Shown one piece after another: positions 33,302-44,111 of a stretch of 64,000 nt of DNA. Source of the stretch: Anaerolineae bacterium (lineage in GTDB: Bacteria > Chloroflexota > Anaerolineae > Aggregatilineales > Ch27); NCBI GenBank assembly GCA_013178165.1, contig JABLXG010000036.1, positions 6,874-70,873 on the forward strand, given 5' to 3'. A model generated the notes under the pieces. It was not told where the DNA came from. It worked only from the letters and a program-made list of their open reading frames with translations, and searched no databases. A program made the translations under genes and the position numbers. Numbering within the stretch: the first letter of the stretch is position 1; every line of letters starts with the position of its first letter.

Positions 33302-36223
33302 TCAGGCCACGCTACGATGTTTGCGCCGCCGGATAAACTTCTCAATCTCAACCGCGAACAACACCAGTGAGGCCAGTATCAGAGTCACCAGAAGCTGCTC
33401 ACCAGTCAAGGCAACAGTGTCAAAGGCCGCTTGCAAGAATGGATCGTAGATGACTAACAACTGCAAGACAAAGGTGAGCACCACTGCTCCAAAGAGCAGC
33501 CGGTTCCGGCGATACCAGACTTTGAAGAAGGAGGTATCCCCGGCCCGAATCGCCGAGACTTCAAAAATCTGGGATAGCGCCAGGATACTGAAGGCCATGG
33601 TGCGGGGCATGGCCAGCGCCAGGCTGATGATATCTGATCCGGCAGCCCCATGGGCGTCACCGCTCTCTGTACGGGTCAATTCCTCAGCCCGTTCAGCCAC
33701 TGACCAGCTGTCCCATAGCTCCGGCACATTCTCCCCACCGATGATCTGGCCAAGCTGGTTGGCGGTGAGTTTCTCCAAACCCAGCGTGGAGCTTAGCGGG
33801 GACAGCCCTAGGGACTGTTGTGCCCATATGTAACCGGCCAGCGTAATCACGCCAAGAAACAGCCCAACCCAGATCACATGCAACCCCACCCCCCTGGCGA
33901 AGATACTCTCCTTCGGGTGGCGCGGCGGGCGCTTCATCGTATCTGCTTCGGCGGGTTCAAAGCCCAGCGCAATCGCTGGCAGGCCATCGGTCACCAGGTT
34001 GATCCACAGGATCTGGATCGCCAGCAGCGGTGACTTCAGGCCAATCATCAGCCCGACGAACATTGTGATGATTTCACCCACATTGGTGCTCAGCAAATAG
34101 CGGATGAACTTGCGGATGTTGTCGTAGATGGTGCGACCTTCTTCCACCGCCGCAACAATGCTGGCGAAGTTGTCATCAGTCAGCACCATATCCGCTGCGC
34201 TCTTGCTGACTTCTGTCCCGGTGATACCCATCGCCACACCGATATCTGCCTGTTTGAGCGCCGGGGCGTCGTTGACGCCGTCACCCGTCATTGCCACAAC
34301 CTCGCCATGCCACTGCAGGGCGTTCACCACACGCAGCTTGTGTTCCGGGGCAACACGAGCAAAGGCCGAGGTTTGCTTGACGGTTGCCCGTAACTCCTCG
34401 TCGCTCATGGCCTGCACTTCTGAGCCGCTCACCGCATACTGGCCTTCCTGGAGGATGCCCAGCTGGCGGGCAATCGCTTCCGCAGTGAGCTTGTGATCGC
34501 CCGTGATCATGATCGTGCGGATGCCGGCCTCGTGGGCAACCTTAACTGCGCGGGCTGCCTCACTGCGCGGCGGATCCATGATCCCGGCCAGACCCAGCAG
34601 AAACAACTCCCGTTCAATAACCTCCGGCTTGAGGTCCTCCCCGTTCGGAACCTGCGGAAGCGGGCGATAGGCTACCCCCAGCACGCGCAGCCCCTGTGCC
34701 GCCATCTCATCGATCTTGGCCAGCCAGACGCTCCGCCGTTCCTCGGTCAACGGAATCGGCCCTTCCGGCATGGTCTCATGCGTCGCCCAGTCCACCAGGC
34801 GATCCGGCGCACCCTTGACGAAAGCCACAGCAGGCGCATGGTTGAAGAGCGCCGTGGCAAAACGTCCGCGCGGCTCATGGATGGTGGTCATCGCCTTGCG
34901 CTCACTGCTGAAGGGAATCTCCGCCACACGCGGTAGATCTTCCTGGAGTTGCTCGCGGCTCCAACCCGCCTTGCGGGCGGCCACCAGCAACGCTCCTTCG
35001 GTCGTATCGCCCACGACCGTCCAGTGGCCGTTTTCACCCTCCTGCTCCACGTAGGCATCCGTGCACAGAGCGGCAGCCTTCAGGAAGCGGGCCAGCGCGT
35101 CATCGTTCATGGCATGCAACCGCTTGCCATCCACAAAGAACTCACCCACTGGCTGGTATCCCACCCCGCTAACAGTCACATCATCATGGCCGGGCAGGGC
35201 CACCAGCGTGGTTGTCATCTCGTTGCGGGTCAGGGTGCCAGTTTTGTCGGAGCAAATCGTGGTCACCGAGCCAAGCGTTTCCACCGCGGGCAGGCGGCGG
35301 ATAAGGGCATTGCGCCTAACCATGCGGCTGGCCCCCAGCGAGAGGCTGATCGTGATGACCGCTGGCAACCCTTCAGGAATGGCAGCCACCGCCAGGCTGA
35401 TCGCCGTTAGCAACATCTCCTGAACCGGATTGCCGCGTAGCACGCCGGCCACAAAGACGATCACCACCAACACACCGGCCGCCCCCGCCAGGATTTTGCC
35501 CAGCCCTTCCAGCCGTTCCTGCAGCGGAGTCTTGCCCTTCTGGACGCCCTGGAGCAGGGTCGCGATGTTGCCCAGTTCCGTCCTGAGACCCGTACCGGTG
35601 ACCACAAACTCGCCGCGGCCATAGGCCACCGCGGTTCCCATAAAGACCATGTTATGGCGTTCGCCCAGCGTTGCCTGGTCAGCAATGACCGCTGTGTCCT
35701 TGTCAACCGGCACCGATTCGCCGGTCATCGCCGACTCCTCGATCTGCAGGTTGACCGCCTCGATCAGGCGCCCGTCCGCCGGGATGCTATCCCCGGCCTC
35801 GATCAGGACGATATCACCGGGGACCAGTTCAGTCGCGCTGACCGGGTGCACATGACCACCGCGGCGCACCCGCACGTGCGGCACCTGCATCGCGCTGAGC
35901 GCCGCCAGCGCCTGTTCCGCCCGGTATTCCTGATAAAAGCCCAGCAACGCATTCAGAACCACAATCGCCAGGATAATGAAGACATCTTTGATGTCTCCGA
36001 GCACCGCCGAGACGACCGCCGCCCCGATCAGGACCAGCACCATGATGTCGGTGAACTGGGAGAGCAGCAGCTTCCACCAGGGCAGGCCGCCCTCCGCAGG
36101 CAATGTATTCAGGCCATACTGTGCCTGTCGTTCCCTGACCTGGGCCTCGGTCAACCCGACAGCCGCCTCTACTCCCAGTTCGACCAGCGTGTCATGAATT
36201 GACTTTCGGTAATATTCTGTCAT
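33302..36223 (-). CDS. Cation-transporting P-type ATPase (P2, Ca2+/cation type)
   Basis: ATG 36223 (MTEYYRK) after SD GAAGGAA. Phosphorylation site [30 protein letters not shown]. About 10 TM segments. Confidence 0.9.
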   Translation of the reverse strand: MTEYYRKSIHDTLVELGVEAAVGLTEAQVRERQAQYGLNTLPAEGGLPWWKLLLSQFTDIMVLVLIGAAVVSAVLGDIKDVFIILAIVVLNALLGFYQEYRAEQALAALSAMQVPHVRVRRGGHVHPVSATELVPGDIVLIEAGDSIPADGRLIEAVNLQIEESAMTGESVPVDKDTAVIADQATLGERHNMVFMGTAVAYGRGEFVVTGTGLRTELGNIATLLQGVQKGKTPLQERLEGLGKILAGAAGVLVVIVFVAGVLRGNPVQEMLLTAISLAVAAIPEGLPAVITISLSLGASRMVRRNALIRRLPAVETLGSVTTICSDKTGTLTRNEMTTTLVALPGHDDVTVSGVGYQPVGEFFVDGKRLHAMNDDALARFLKAAALCTDAYVEQEGENGHWTVVGDTTEGALLVAARKAGWSREQLQEDLPRVAEIPFSSERKAMTTIHEPRGRFATALFNHAPAVAFVKGAPDRLVDWATHETMPEGPIPLTEERRSVWLAKIDEMAAQGLRVLGVAYRPLPQVPNGEDLKPEVIERELFLLGLAGIMDPPRSEAARAVKVAHEAGIRTIMITGDHKLTAEAIARQLGILQEGQYAVSGSEVQAMSDEELRATVKQTSAFARVAPEHKLRVVNALQWHGEVVAMTGDGVNDAPALKQADIGVAMGITGTEVSKSAADMVLTDDNFASIVAAVEEGRTIYDNIRKFIRYLLSTNVGEIITMFVGLMIGLKSPLLAIQILWINLVTDGLPAIALGFEPAEADTMKRPPRHPKESIFARGVGLHVIWVGLFLGVITLAGYIWAQQSLGLSPLSSTLGLEKLTANQLGQIIGGENVPELWDSWSVAERAEELTRTESGDAHGAAGSDIISLALAMPRTMAFSILALSQIFEVSAIRAGDTSFFKVWYRRNRLLFGAVVLTFVLQLLVIYDPFLQAAFDTVALTGEQLLVTLILASLVLFAVEIEKFIRRRKHRSVA

Positions 36224-36411
36224 CGTACGTGGATTCCTTCCCAACCTTTTTCTTGCGCTATGGGCTTCAAAGCGTATTCAGAAAGATGCCGCAGTCAACC
36301 CCGCAAAATTCGGGTGTTATTTAGTTAAAGAGTCCGAATTCACCGCCCGGCAGTTATAATACCGGACATCAGAATGATTGTCATGAGCACAGAACAGGCA
36401 GGTCAACCCCA

Positions 36412-37677
36412 ATGCCCACACTGTTGAATGTTGACGAAACCCTGCGCCTGATCCTGGCCGAGATCACCACCCTACCCGCTGAAGAAGTCGCCCTGAGCGA
36501 CTCCCTGGGCCGCATCCTGGCGATTGATATCTCCGCTGCAACCCCGCTGCCTCCCTTTGCCAATAGCAGCATGGACGGCTTCGCCGTGCGTGCTGCAGAT
36601 ACCGGCGCAGCCACACCGGATCATCCGGTCACGCTGCCGGTCAGCCTGGACATCGCCGCCGGGGACGCGCCGATGGCAACGCTGCCGCCCGGAACCGCCG
36701 CCCGGATCATGACCGGCGCGCCGCTGCCTCCCGGCGCGGATGCTGTCGTGCCGCTGGAAGCCACGGATGCGCACTGGGCCGCCGGGGACTCTGCCAGGCC
36801 GCCAGAAACGATCCGCATTCATCAACCTGCCCGACCGGGCGACTACATCCGGCCAGCGGGAGAGGACATTCAGGCCGGGCAGATCGTGCTTCGCGCCGGT
36901 GCCGAAATCGATCCGCCGGCCATCGGCGTGCTGGCGGCGCTGGGCTGGCCACGGGTGCCGGTCATCCGCCAGCCGCGCGTGACTATCCTTTCCAGCGGGG
37001 ATGAACTGATCGGCGTTGAAGAGCCGCTGGCGCCGGGCAAGGTGCGGGACAGCAACAGCTATGTGCTGGAGGCGCTGGTGCGCCAGCACGGCGGGCTTCC
37101 CCGGCGCATCCCGGTAGCGCGGGATACCCTGGCCGACGTGCGGAGACGTTTGCAGGAGGCGCTGGCCTGGCAGCCAGACCTGCTGATCAGCTCAGCCGGA
37201 GTTTCTGTTGGGGCGCATGACATGGTGCGCACCGCCCTGGACGAACTGGGTAAGATCCGGCTGTGGCGGATTAACCTGCGCCCCGGCAAGCCGCTGGCCT
37301 ACGGACGGCTGGCGGACGTGCCGTTTTTTGGCCTGCCGGGCAACCCGGTCAGCGTGCAGATCACCTTCGACGTGATCGTGCGGCCGGCATTGCTCAAGAT
37401 GGCCGGACGGCCCGACGTGGTGCCGATGGCGCAAGCGATTCTGGAGGAAGACATCGCCGCTGACGGGCGGCTGACCTACTTTCGCGTCCGGCTCAGGCGC
37501 GGCCCCGATGGACAGCTTTACGCCTCCTCCACCGGGACGCAGAGTTCCGGCGCCATGCTCTCGATGGTGCTGGCCGACGGCCTGCTGATCATCCCGGCAG
37601 GGGTTCACAGCGCCCGCGCCGGGGAACAGTTCCCCGTCCGTCTGCTACGAACGCCTGGCTGGTTGCCGCCTGCCTAG
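36412..37677 (+). CDS. moeA: Molybdopterin molybdotransferase
   Basis: 421 aa. SSMDGFAV, ILSSGDEL, DSNS, GLPGNPVS. Its stop overlaps the stop of the convergent SDR gene inside CTAG (37674-37677). Confidence 0.85.
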   Translation: MPTLLNVDETLRLILAEITTLPAEEVALSDSLGRILAIDISAATPLPPFANSSMDGFAVRAADTGAATPDHPVTLPVSLDIAAGDAPMATLPPGTAARIMTGAPLPPGADAVVPLEATDAHWAAGDSARPPETIRIHQPARPGDYIRPAGEDIQAGQIVLRAGAEIDPPAIGVLAALGWPRVPVIRQPRVTILSSGDELIGVEEPLAPGKVRDSNSYVLEALVRQHGGLPRRIPVARDTLADVRRRLQEALAWQPDLLISSAGVSVGAHDMVRTALDELGKIRLWRINLRPGKPLAYGRLADVPFFGLPGNPVSVQITFDVIVRPALLKMAGRPDVVPMAQAILEEDIAADGRLTYFRVRLRRGPDGQLYASSTGTQSSGAMLSMVLADGLLIIPAGVHSARAGEQFPVRLLRTPGWLPPA

Positions 37678-38450
37678 AACCCCAGCGTAAAGCCGCCGTC
37701 TACCAGCAGCACCTGCCCCCGGATCATGAAGGCATCCGGTGAGCACAGCCAGGCCACCACTGCGGCAATATCCTCTGCGGTAACGATGCGCCCGGCAGGA
37801 GTGCGCGCGACGATCTCGGCGATGCGCTGGTTAAACTCTTCCCGCCACTGAGGAAAATGCTGCAGGGCGTCGGTCTGCACCACGCCCGCCGAAACCGCAT
37901 TGACCACGATTCCCAGCGGCGCAAGCTCCACCGCCAGGTAACGGGTGATCGCTTCCAGGGCTGCCTTACTGGCCCCCACCAGCACGTACTCCGGCAGCAC
38001 GCGCTGGCCGCCAAAGCTGGAGATATTGATGATATGCCCACCGCCGCGGGCAGCCATGATCGGGGCAGCCAGCTGCGCCCCGAAGAGCGCCGCGCGAGCA
38101 TTGATGTTCATCGTCCACTCCCAGCCCTTGACCCGCTGCTCCATAATCGGGCGGTTGTAACCGCTGGCCGCATTATTGACCAGGATGTCCAGCCCGCCCA
38201 GTTCCTCATTGGCGGTCCGGATCAGGGCCTCCAGTTCGTCGATCTCACCTACATTCGCCCTGATGATTGCGGCTCGCTGGCCCAGGGCTTTGATCTCTCG
38301 CGCCGTTTCTTCCGCCGGGGCGCGATTGCGAAAGTAGTTGATCGCCACATCCGCCCCTTCCCGGGCCAGCCGCAGGGCGATCGCTTTGCCGATCCCCCGT
38401 CCACCGCCGGTCACCAGCGCGATCTTATCCTTCAGGTGCATCACGCTCAC
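37674..38450 (-). CDS. SDR family oxidoreductase, FabL/FabG-like
   Basis: ALVTGGGRGIGKAIA, NNAA, catalytic YVLVGASK. 258 aa. 4-nt overlap with the upstream hypothetical gene. Confidence 0.8.
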   Translation of the reverse strand: MSVMHLKDKIALVTGGGRGIGKAIALRLAREGADVAINYFRNRAPAEETAREIKALGQRAAIIRANVGEIDELEALIRTANEELGGLDILVNNAASGYNRPIMEQRVKGWEWTMNINARAALFGAQLAAPIMAARGGGHIINISSFGGQRVLPEYVLVGASKAALEAITRYLAVELAPLGIVVNAVSAGVVQTDALQHFPQWREEFNQRIAEIVARTPAGRIVTAEDIAAVVAWLCSPDAFMIRGQVLLVDGGFTLGF

Positions 38451-39250
38451 TCCTCAGCCGGTATCACCTCAATTGAGAAGTTCTGCAGTTCCAGCCATTG
38501 CCCGCCACCGCCAACCAACCCCCAGCCAAAATGTCCCTGTGGTGTGACGATAGCGTACTGATTGTCGATCCAGGCGATGAATCCCAGCGGCCCGCGCGGG
38601 CTGCGATCGGTGTCCAGTACCGTCCGGCCGTCTACGGCAAAGCGCACCCGGCGAGGGAACCAGTCGATGGTATAGTCGTGCGGCTCCGCCAGCCATTCGC
38701 CGGGCAACGCCGCTTCCGCCACCCCCAGCGCCCGCTGGCCCAGCGGCCACAGGGCGCGGTGCAGTACCGGCAGACGCATCAGCAGGAAGCCAGGCAGGGC
38801 CAGCGGCAACAGACCAAAGAACAGAGGCCGCACCGGGTCGAATGTGGCCGCCTTCCAGCCGGAGGACGGTTGATCCAGAGCCAGGGCCATCCGGCTCTCC
38901 ACCCCGCAGAAGAAAAACCACAGCGCGCGCGGCAGGCGCGGGAATCTCCTCCGCCCTGGCGCAAAGGGATCGTTCCAGAAACCGAAGCCGGCAGTGCCAT
39001 GCAGAGTCCCCGCCGGGCCAGAAGCCCGTCCCCGGACAGAGAGGCGCAGCGGCGGCTGCCAGGGAAAGCGTCCCCCGGGGCGACTATCGCTGATCTGGGC
39101 GTCAGCGTAGACCTCTGCCGACGCCTCCTGCAGCGCCAGCCGTAGTGCGCCATCAACAATGGACACTGTGCCGCCGCCGGTCGCCCAGGGCTGCCAACCG
39201 GCATCCAGCGTCTGGCCGTCAAAGGCCCGCCGCGCTGCACTATCCACCAC
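38447..39250 (-). CDS. Hypothetical protein, possibly concanavalin-A-like/GH16-like jelly-roll fold
   Basis: GTG start after SD AGGGGG. 267 aa. HGTAGFGFWNDPF and GFIAWIDNQYA strands resemble lectin/glucanase-fold proteins. The fold assignment is only an impression. Confidence 0.45.
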   Translation of the reverse strand: MVDSAARRAFDGQTLDAGWQPWATGGGTVSIVDGALRLALQEASAEVYADAQISDSRPGGRFPWQPPLRLSVRGRASGPAGTLHGTAGFGFWNDPFAPGRRRFPRLPRALWFFFCGVESRMALALDQPSSGWKAATFDPVRPLFFGLLPLALPGFLLMRLPVLHRALWPLGQRALGVAEAALPGEWLAEPHDYTIDWFPRRVRFAVDGRTVLDTDRSPRGPLGFIAWIDNQYAIVTPQGHFGWGLVGGGGQWLELQNFSIEVIPAEE

Positions 39251-39312
39251 TGATCGCCCCCTGACAACCGGGCGGCCCGGGAGGGGGCCGCCCGCATCGT
39301 CCCAGATACCCC

Positions 39313-40356
39313 TTACAGGCTGGCCATCACCTGCTCCAGCGCTTCCCGGCTGGGGCGCATCTGAGCCTCGCTCAGGTGGGCCAGCGGTGTATCGACCATC
39401 TGCAGGCTATCGATCATGGTGGGCCGGCTATTGTCATAGTAGATCAGGCCGGTCAGCAGTTCCTGCCGCAGGTGTGCCTCTTCCAGAACCCGCATGGCCG
39501 CCATCTTGTCGGTCGGATCATAGTCCATCGCCAGCGGACGCAGGCGGATCCATGTTCCGTCATGGAGCTGGACCTCCCGCGGCTTCTTGCCGTTGCTCTC
39601 CGCTTCCTCGTAGTCGTCAAGGATGATCTCATCCGCCAGGGGGATGAAGGTGATGTCGTGCAGCGGGTTGGCGTGTTCCTTGCCGTAGGAAAAGCTCTTG
39701 GTCGAATCCGGGCTATTGTTGAACGTCACGCACGGACTGATGATATCCAGCACGGCAGTGCCATTGTGATGCAGCGCCGCCTTGAGCAACTCAACCACTT
39801 CTTTGACCGAGCCAGAAAATGAACGGGCCACAAACGTCGCATCCGCCGCCAGTGCCTCCAGACAGATGTCAATCGGTGGCAGGTCATTCGTGCCGATCTT
39901 CTTGATCGTCTGGCCCAGATCAGCCGTCGCTGAGAACTGGCCTTTAGTCAGCCCATAGACGCCGTTGTTCTCCACAATGTAGACAATCGGCAGGTTGCGC
40001 CGCACCATGTGCTTGAACTGGCCCAGGCCAATGCTGCCTGTGTCGCCGTCACCGCTGACGCCGATCGTCGTCAGGTGGCGGTTAGCCAGCACCGCGCCGG
40101 TTGCCGCGGAGGGCATGCGCCCATGCAGGCCATTGAAACCATGCGAACGGGAGAGGAAGTAAGCCGGGCTTTTGCTGGAGCACCCGATGCCACTCATCTT
40201 GACTACGGTATGCGGGTTGATGCCCAGCTCATACGCCGCTGTGATGATCTGGTTGGAGATGGAATTATGACCGCAGCCGGGGCACAGGGTAGACTTGCGC
40301 CCGCCGTAATCGGCTTTGGTCAGGCCAATCGCGTTAGTCGTCCGCACAACGCCCAT
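39313..40356 (-). CDS. korB: 2-oxoacid:ferredoxin oxidoreductase, beta (TPP-binding) subunit
   Basis: CPGCGH, GIGCSS, TPP motif GDGDTGSIG...ENNGVYGLTKGQ. SD GGAGGG. Confidence 0.85.
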   Translation of the reverse strand: MGVVRTTNAIGLTKADYGGRKSTLCPGCGHNSISNQIITAAYELGINPHTVVKMSGIGCSSKSPAYFLSRSHGFNGLHGRMPSAATGAVLANRHLTTIGVSGDGDTGSIGLGQFKHMVRRNLPIVYIVENNGVYGLTKGQFSATADLGQTIKKIGTNDLPPIDICLEALAADATFVARSFSGSVKEVVELLKAALHHNGTAVLDIISPCVTFNNSPDSTKSFSYGKEHANPLHDITFIPLADEIILDDYEEAESNGKKPREVQLHDGTWIRLRPLAMDYDPTDKMAAMRVLEEAHLRQELLTGLIYYDNSRPTMIDSLQMVDTPLAHLSEAQMRPSREALEQVMASL

Positions 40357-40358
40357 GG

Positions 40359-42188
40359 TTACTTACCCTCCTGTTCCAGCACACCCTCAACCACAAAATT
40401 AGCCGTCAGCGGCAGCCCATCCAGGTGAGCTACCGATACCATGCGAGCGGCATGTTCTGGCATCTCAATCATCATGATCTGCCGGAGCTGACCTTCCATG
40501 TTGTTCTCAACCACATAGAGACGGTCATGAGCAGCCACAAAATCAAAGACCTCCTGCGATAGCGGCAGGGCGCGAATCCGCATGTAATCGTACTCGCGGC
40601 CATAGCGGTCGCGCAGAATGTCCCGCGCTTCGATAATCGCCGGTTCCACCGATCCGTAACATACGATCGCCTCCCGGCAACCGTGATGCTCAATCACCGG
40701 CTTGGGGACCATCTTACGGGCGGTGTTGTGCTTGCGCAGCAACCGCCGGGCATTTTCGAAGTAATCCTCAGGACGCTCGCTGTAGTTGGCGTATTCGTCA
40801 TGGCCGGTACCACGGGTGAAGTAAGCGGCCATCGGGTGGTCAGTGCCGGGCAGCGTCCGGTAGCCGATGCCGTCCTGGTCAACGTCTTTGTAGCGGGCAA
40901 AGGATTGAATCCGATCCAGGTCTTCTTTCGTCAGCACCTTGCCCCGGTTGATCGGCTCATCCGGATAGTCGAACTTGCGGCTCATCCAGATGTTCATGCC
41001 CAGATCGAGATCGGAAAGCACAAACACCGGCGTTTGAAGGTACTCGGTCAGGTCAAAGGCGCGCCAGCCGAACTCGAAACACTCTTCCATGTTGCCCGGC
41101 AGGAGCACCACATGCCGCGTGTCGCCATGGCTCAGAAAGTAAACAAACATCAGATCCGCCTGGGAAGTGCGGGTAGGCAGGCCGGTGCTTGGCCCCACGC
41201 GCTGCACATCCCAGATCACGCCCGGCAATTCAGCGGAATAGCCCAGCCCAGCGTACTCCGCCATGAGCGAGATACCAGGGCCAGAGGTAGCCGTCATCGA
41301 ACGCGCCCCGGCCCAGCCCGCACCCAGGACAATCCCGATGGCAGATAGCTCATCTTCCGCCTGGACAATCGCGTAGGTCGCTTTTCCGGTCTCCGGATCG
41401 CGGCGCAGCAATGCCAGGTAATCACGAACGGCATCGATCAGGCTGGTCGAAGGCGTGATGGGGTACCAGGCCACCACACTCACGCCGCCAAAGACTGCCC
41501 CCAGCGCCCCTGCCGTGTTGCCATCGATCAGGATCAGGCCATCCGTTTTGTCCATCGGCTCGACGCTGTACAGATCGCGCTTGGGCATGTGCTCGCGGAA
41601 ATGGCGGTAAGTCGCCTCTACCACATCCATATTGAGCTTGATCGCTTTTTCCTTGCCGCCCAGGAAGAAGCTGACCGCCTCACGGATGTGCTCCAGCGGG
41701 ATGCCCAGGACAGCCGCCACCGCGCCGACATAGACCATGTTCTCGATGTAATCTCGCAGGCGCGGCGCCACCTCGATGTCCTTGAGCAGGCTCTTGACCG
41801 GCATCGGGTAAAACACAAGATCGTCCCGGCCAAATTCGATCCGCCAGTCGTCCGGGTAAAAGACCACCCCGCCCGGCATCACCCCGGCGATATCTTCTGC
41901 CACGGTCGCCATGTTCATAGCCACCAGCACCGCCGGATGTTCCTGCCGGCCCAGATAGCCATCTTTGCTGACCCGGATCCAGTACCAGGTGGGCAATCCT
42001 TTGATGTTCGAGGGAAACAGGTTTTTGCCGCTAACCGGGATGCCCATCTTGAACAGGGCGCGCAGGATCACACTGTTGGCGGTCTGGCTACCGGACCCGT
42101 TGACCGTCGCCGCGACGATTGAGAAATCGTTGACAATCGGGTGTCCCTGGGCTTGTTGCTCAGCAGTTTTCGACTCAAGCAAGCTCAT
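40359..42188 (-). CDS. korA: 2-oxoacid:ferredoxin oxidoreductase, alpha subunit
   Basis: Start at internal ATG 42188 (MSLLESK...). VNGSGSQTAN, NLFPSNIKGLPTW, TSGPGISLM. The stop lies 2 nt before the korB start. Confidence 0.85.
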   Translation of the reverse strand: MSLLESKTAEQQAQGHPIVNDFSIVAATVNGSGSQTANSVILRALFKMGIPVSGKNLFPSNIKGLPTWYWIRVSKDGYLGRQEHPAVLVAMNMATVAEDIAGVMPGGVVFYPDDWRIEFGRDDLVFYPMPVKSLLKDIEVAPRLRDYIENMVYVGAVAAVLGIPLEHIREAVSFFLGGKEKAIKLNMDVVEATYRHFREHMPKRDLYSVEPMDKTDGLILIDGNTAGALGAVFGGVSVVAWYPITPSTSLIDAVRDYLALLRRDPETGKATYAIVQAEDELSAIGIVLGAGWAGARSMTATSGPGISLMAEYAGLGYSAELPGVIWDVQRVGPSTGLPTRTSQADLMFVYFLSHGDTRHVVLLPGNMEECFEFGWRAFDLTEYLQTPVFVLSDLDLGMNIWMSRKFDYPDEPINRGKVLTKEDLDRIQSFARYKDVDQDGIGYRTLPGTDHPMAAYFTRGTGHDEYANYSERPEDYFENARRLLRKHNTARKMVPKPVIEHHGCREAIVCYGSVEPAIIEARDILRDRYGREYDYMRIRALPLSQEVFDFVAAHDRLYVVENNMEGQLRQIMMIEMPEHAARMVSVAHLDGLPLTANFVVEGVLEQEGK

Positions 42189-42198
42189 GGCAATAACC

Positions 42199-42978
42199 TC
42201 ACTCCAGAATAGAACCCACCTGTTCAGAAAGATCGCCCGTGTCGTTCGTCGAGGAGGCATAAGTGTGCTGGGCCAGCGCATGCACCTCCACTGCCGCCGC
42301 ATGTTCGCTACCAGGAGTGTTCCGGTAACGCAGCAGCCGGGTATGTTCAACAAAAGCGTTCAGGCTGCCATCGATATCTCCAGCGCAAATCGCGGCAGCG
42401 ATGCGTTCGTGGTACTGCCAGACCTCGCGCAAATAGCGGTAATTAACGTACGTGTTGAACTCCACAGCTTCATAAGCTTCCCAGAAGGATTCCAGCATCC
42501 CGGTGACAAACGGGTTTTCCAGCCGGGAGAAAATGGTCAGGTGAAACTCGCGGTGTTCTCCGTGCGGTATGCGCGCCGGTGTCTCCTCCAGCATGGCCCG
42601 CGCCCGCCTGACCAGCGCCGTCAACTTCTCGTGATCTTCCGGCAGCAGGCGCGAAACCGCCTCCCGCCAGAAGCCAACTTCGACGGCGACGCGCAGATCA
42701 GCAAACGGTTGAAACGCGCTACGATCCTGGGCCAGCGCATAGAGCAGGCTCAGGCGCACCGCCGGCGCGAAGTTGAACACCCGGATGCGGATACCGGCAC
42801 GAGGACGCACGTCGACCAGGCCCAGCGCACGGGCGACCTCAAGCTGTTCGCGCAGCTTGTTGACGCTGATACCCAGTTCCTGGCTGAGGTCAGTCAATGG
42901 GGGGAGTTGGTCGCCGGGCTTGAGTCGCCGCTGAACCATGTAGACCAGCAGATCAGAGGCCAGATCCTGTGGAAGCAT
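42199..42978 (-). CDS. GntR-family transcriptional regulator, FadR (FCD) subfamily
   Basis: wHTH LPPLTDLSQELGISVNKLREQLEVARALGLVDVRPRAGIRI plus an all-helical FCD-like C-terminal domain. It ends 10 nt before korA. Confidence 0.8.
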   Translation of the reverse strand: MLPQDLASDLLVYMVQRRLKPGDQLPPLTDLSQELGISVNKLREQLEVARALGLVDVRPRAGIRIRVFNFAPAVRLSLLYALAQDRSAFQPFADLRVAVEVGFWREAVSRLLPEDHEKLTALVRRARAMLEETPARIPHGEHREFHLTIFSRLENPFVTGMLESFWEAYEAVEFNTYVNYRYLREVWQYHERIAAAICAGDIDGSLNAFVEHTRLLRYRNTPGSEHAAAVEVHALAQHTYASSTNDTGDLSEQVGSILE

Positions 42979-42995
42979 AACAATCCTCTGATTGA

Positions 42996-43009
42996 TCGGA
43001 TTAATCCAA
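42996..43009. promoter_or_regulatory. Palindromic operator candidate in the GntR-regulator 5' UTR
   Basis: tCGGATTAATCCaa has a perfect 10-bp core GGATTAATCC and a 14-bp palindrome with one mismatch. It lies between the predicted -10 and the start codon. Confidence 0.4.
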
Positions 43010-43018
43010 CTTTTTAGT

Positions 43019-43046
43019 ACTATAGCACATCACGGGGAAGATGCAA
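43019..43046 (-). promoter_or_regulatory. Promoter candidate for the GntR-korAB operon (TTGCAT-16 nt-TATAGT)
   Basis: On the minus strand, TTGCAT is at 43046-43041 and TATAGT at 43024-43019. Confidence 0.5.
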
Positions 43047-43191
43047 GCAGATTGCTTTGGCGCGCCGCAGAGAGCGCGACCTGATCCCCCGGAAACTGGG
43101 GTGGTCTGCTGTACGTATACACTTTAAACTGATGGCAGGAAGAGGTTATACTCCTGGGTCGGCAGGCGATTCCAGCAAGGGGAAAGCGGTG

Positions 43192-43929
43192 ATGACCGAA
43201 GACGAACGCCATGCTTATAGCCGTGTCGAGGAAGAACTGATGCCCGGCGAAGAACTCCTGTGGGTCGGACGGCCAGCCTCCCGCTGGCGTGGCCCCGCTG
43301 GCGGCGCTGGCTGGCTGTCCATCACTGCAGTGATCGGATTCCTGGTTGCGCTGGGGATCATACTGGGGTTCTTCCCGCTAGCGCGGGGGATGGCCATGGC
43401 CCCGACCATGTTCTTCTCGCCAATGTGGATGCCGATGATCCTGATCTTCCTGCTGATGCTGGTGATGGTCGCCGTCAACCCGCTCAGCAGGATGCTGAAC
43501 ACCCTGCGCACCACCTATGCCATCACCAACCGCCGCATTCTGATCCTGGACGGCATCCTGGCCACCAAAGTCACCTCGTACGGTCCTGACGATATCGAGC
43601 GTATTGAACGGCGCAGCTACAGCGGTGGCCGGGGCGATATCATCTTCCGCTACGAACCGCGGGCGTACCGGGCCCGCCGTGGCAACTGGTGGCAGACGCA
43701 GTATACCAGCGAACCGATCGGCTTCTTTGGCATCCCGGACGTTCGTGATGTCGAGCGCCTGCTGATCGAAACATTCATGACCAACGGCGAAGTCTATGCC
43801 AAACCCAAGCGCAAGCATGACGCCCTTGACGACCTGACCGACCCCCTCTACAACGAAGGCGAAGTCGACCTGAGCGACCTGCTCCCGGCACAGGACCCCG
43901 ACGAACTGGTCGACTCCTCCAGGGAATGA
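43192..43929 (+). CDS. Membrane protein with bacterial PH-like (DUF304/bPH) domain
   Basis: ATG 43192 after SD AAGGGGAAAG. Two TM helices are followed by TYAITNRRILILDG...GDIIFR, typical of membrane-flanked PH-like domains. Confidence 0.6.
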   Translation: MTEDERHAYSRVEEELMPGEELLWVGRPASRWRGPAGGAGWLSITAVIGFLVALGIILGFFPLARGMAMAPTMFFSPMWMPMILIFLLMLVMVAVNPLSRMLNTLRTTYAITNRRILILDGILATKVTSYGPDDIERIERRSYSGGRGDIIFRYEPRAYRARRGNWWQTQYTSEPIGFFGIPDVRDVERLLIETFMTNGEVYAKPKRKHDALDDLTDPLYNEGEVDLSDLLPAQDPDELVDSSRE

Positions 43930-44111
43930 AGCGCCACTGCCCCGCTAACCAGCCACAGCAGGGGGAAAAGCGGTTATAATTCCAGCAGACCAAGTCGCCA
44001 GTAACCGGCACTGGCTCAAAAAGACAAACCGCATTACACTGGTGGCAATAGGCTGTTTGCGTCACCGGGATATCCTGCGCCCCACATGGCACTGGCTGGA
44101 GTCGGATACGT

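Noticed and set aside
37674-37677. Convergent moeA and SDR genes share overlapping stop codons within the palindrome CTAG
   Set aside because: This is real but trivial. It only indicates a very compact convergent junction without an intervening terminator.
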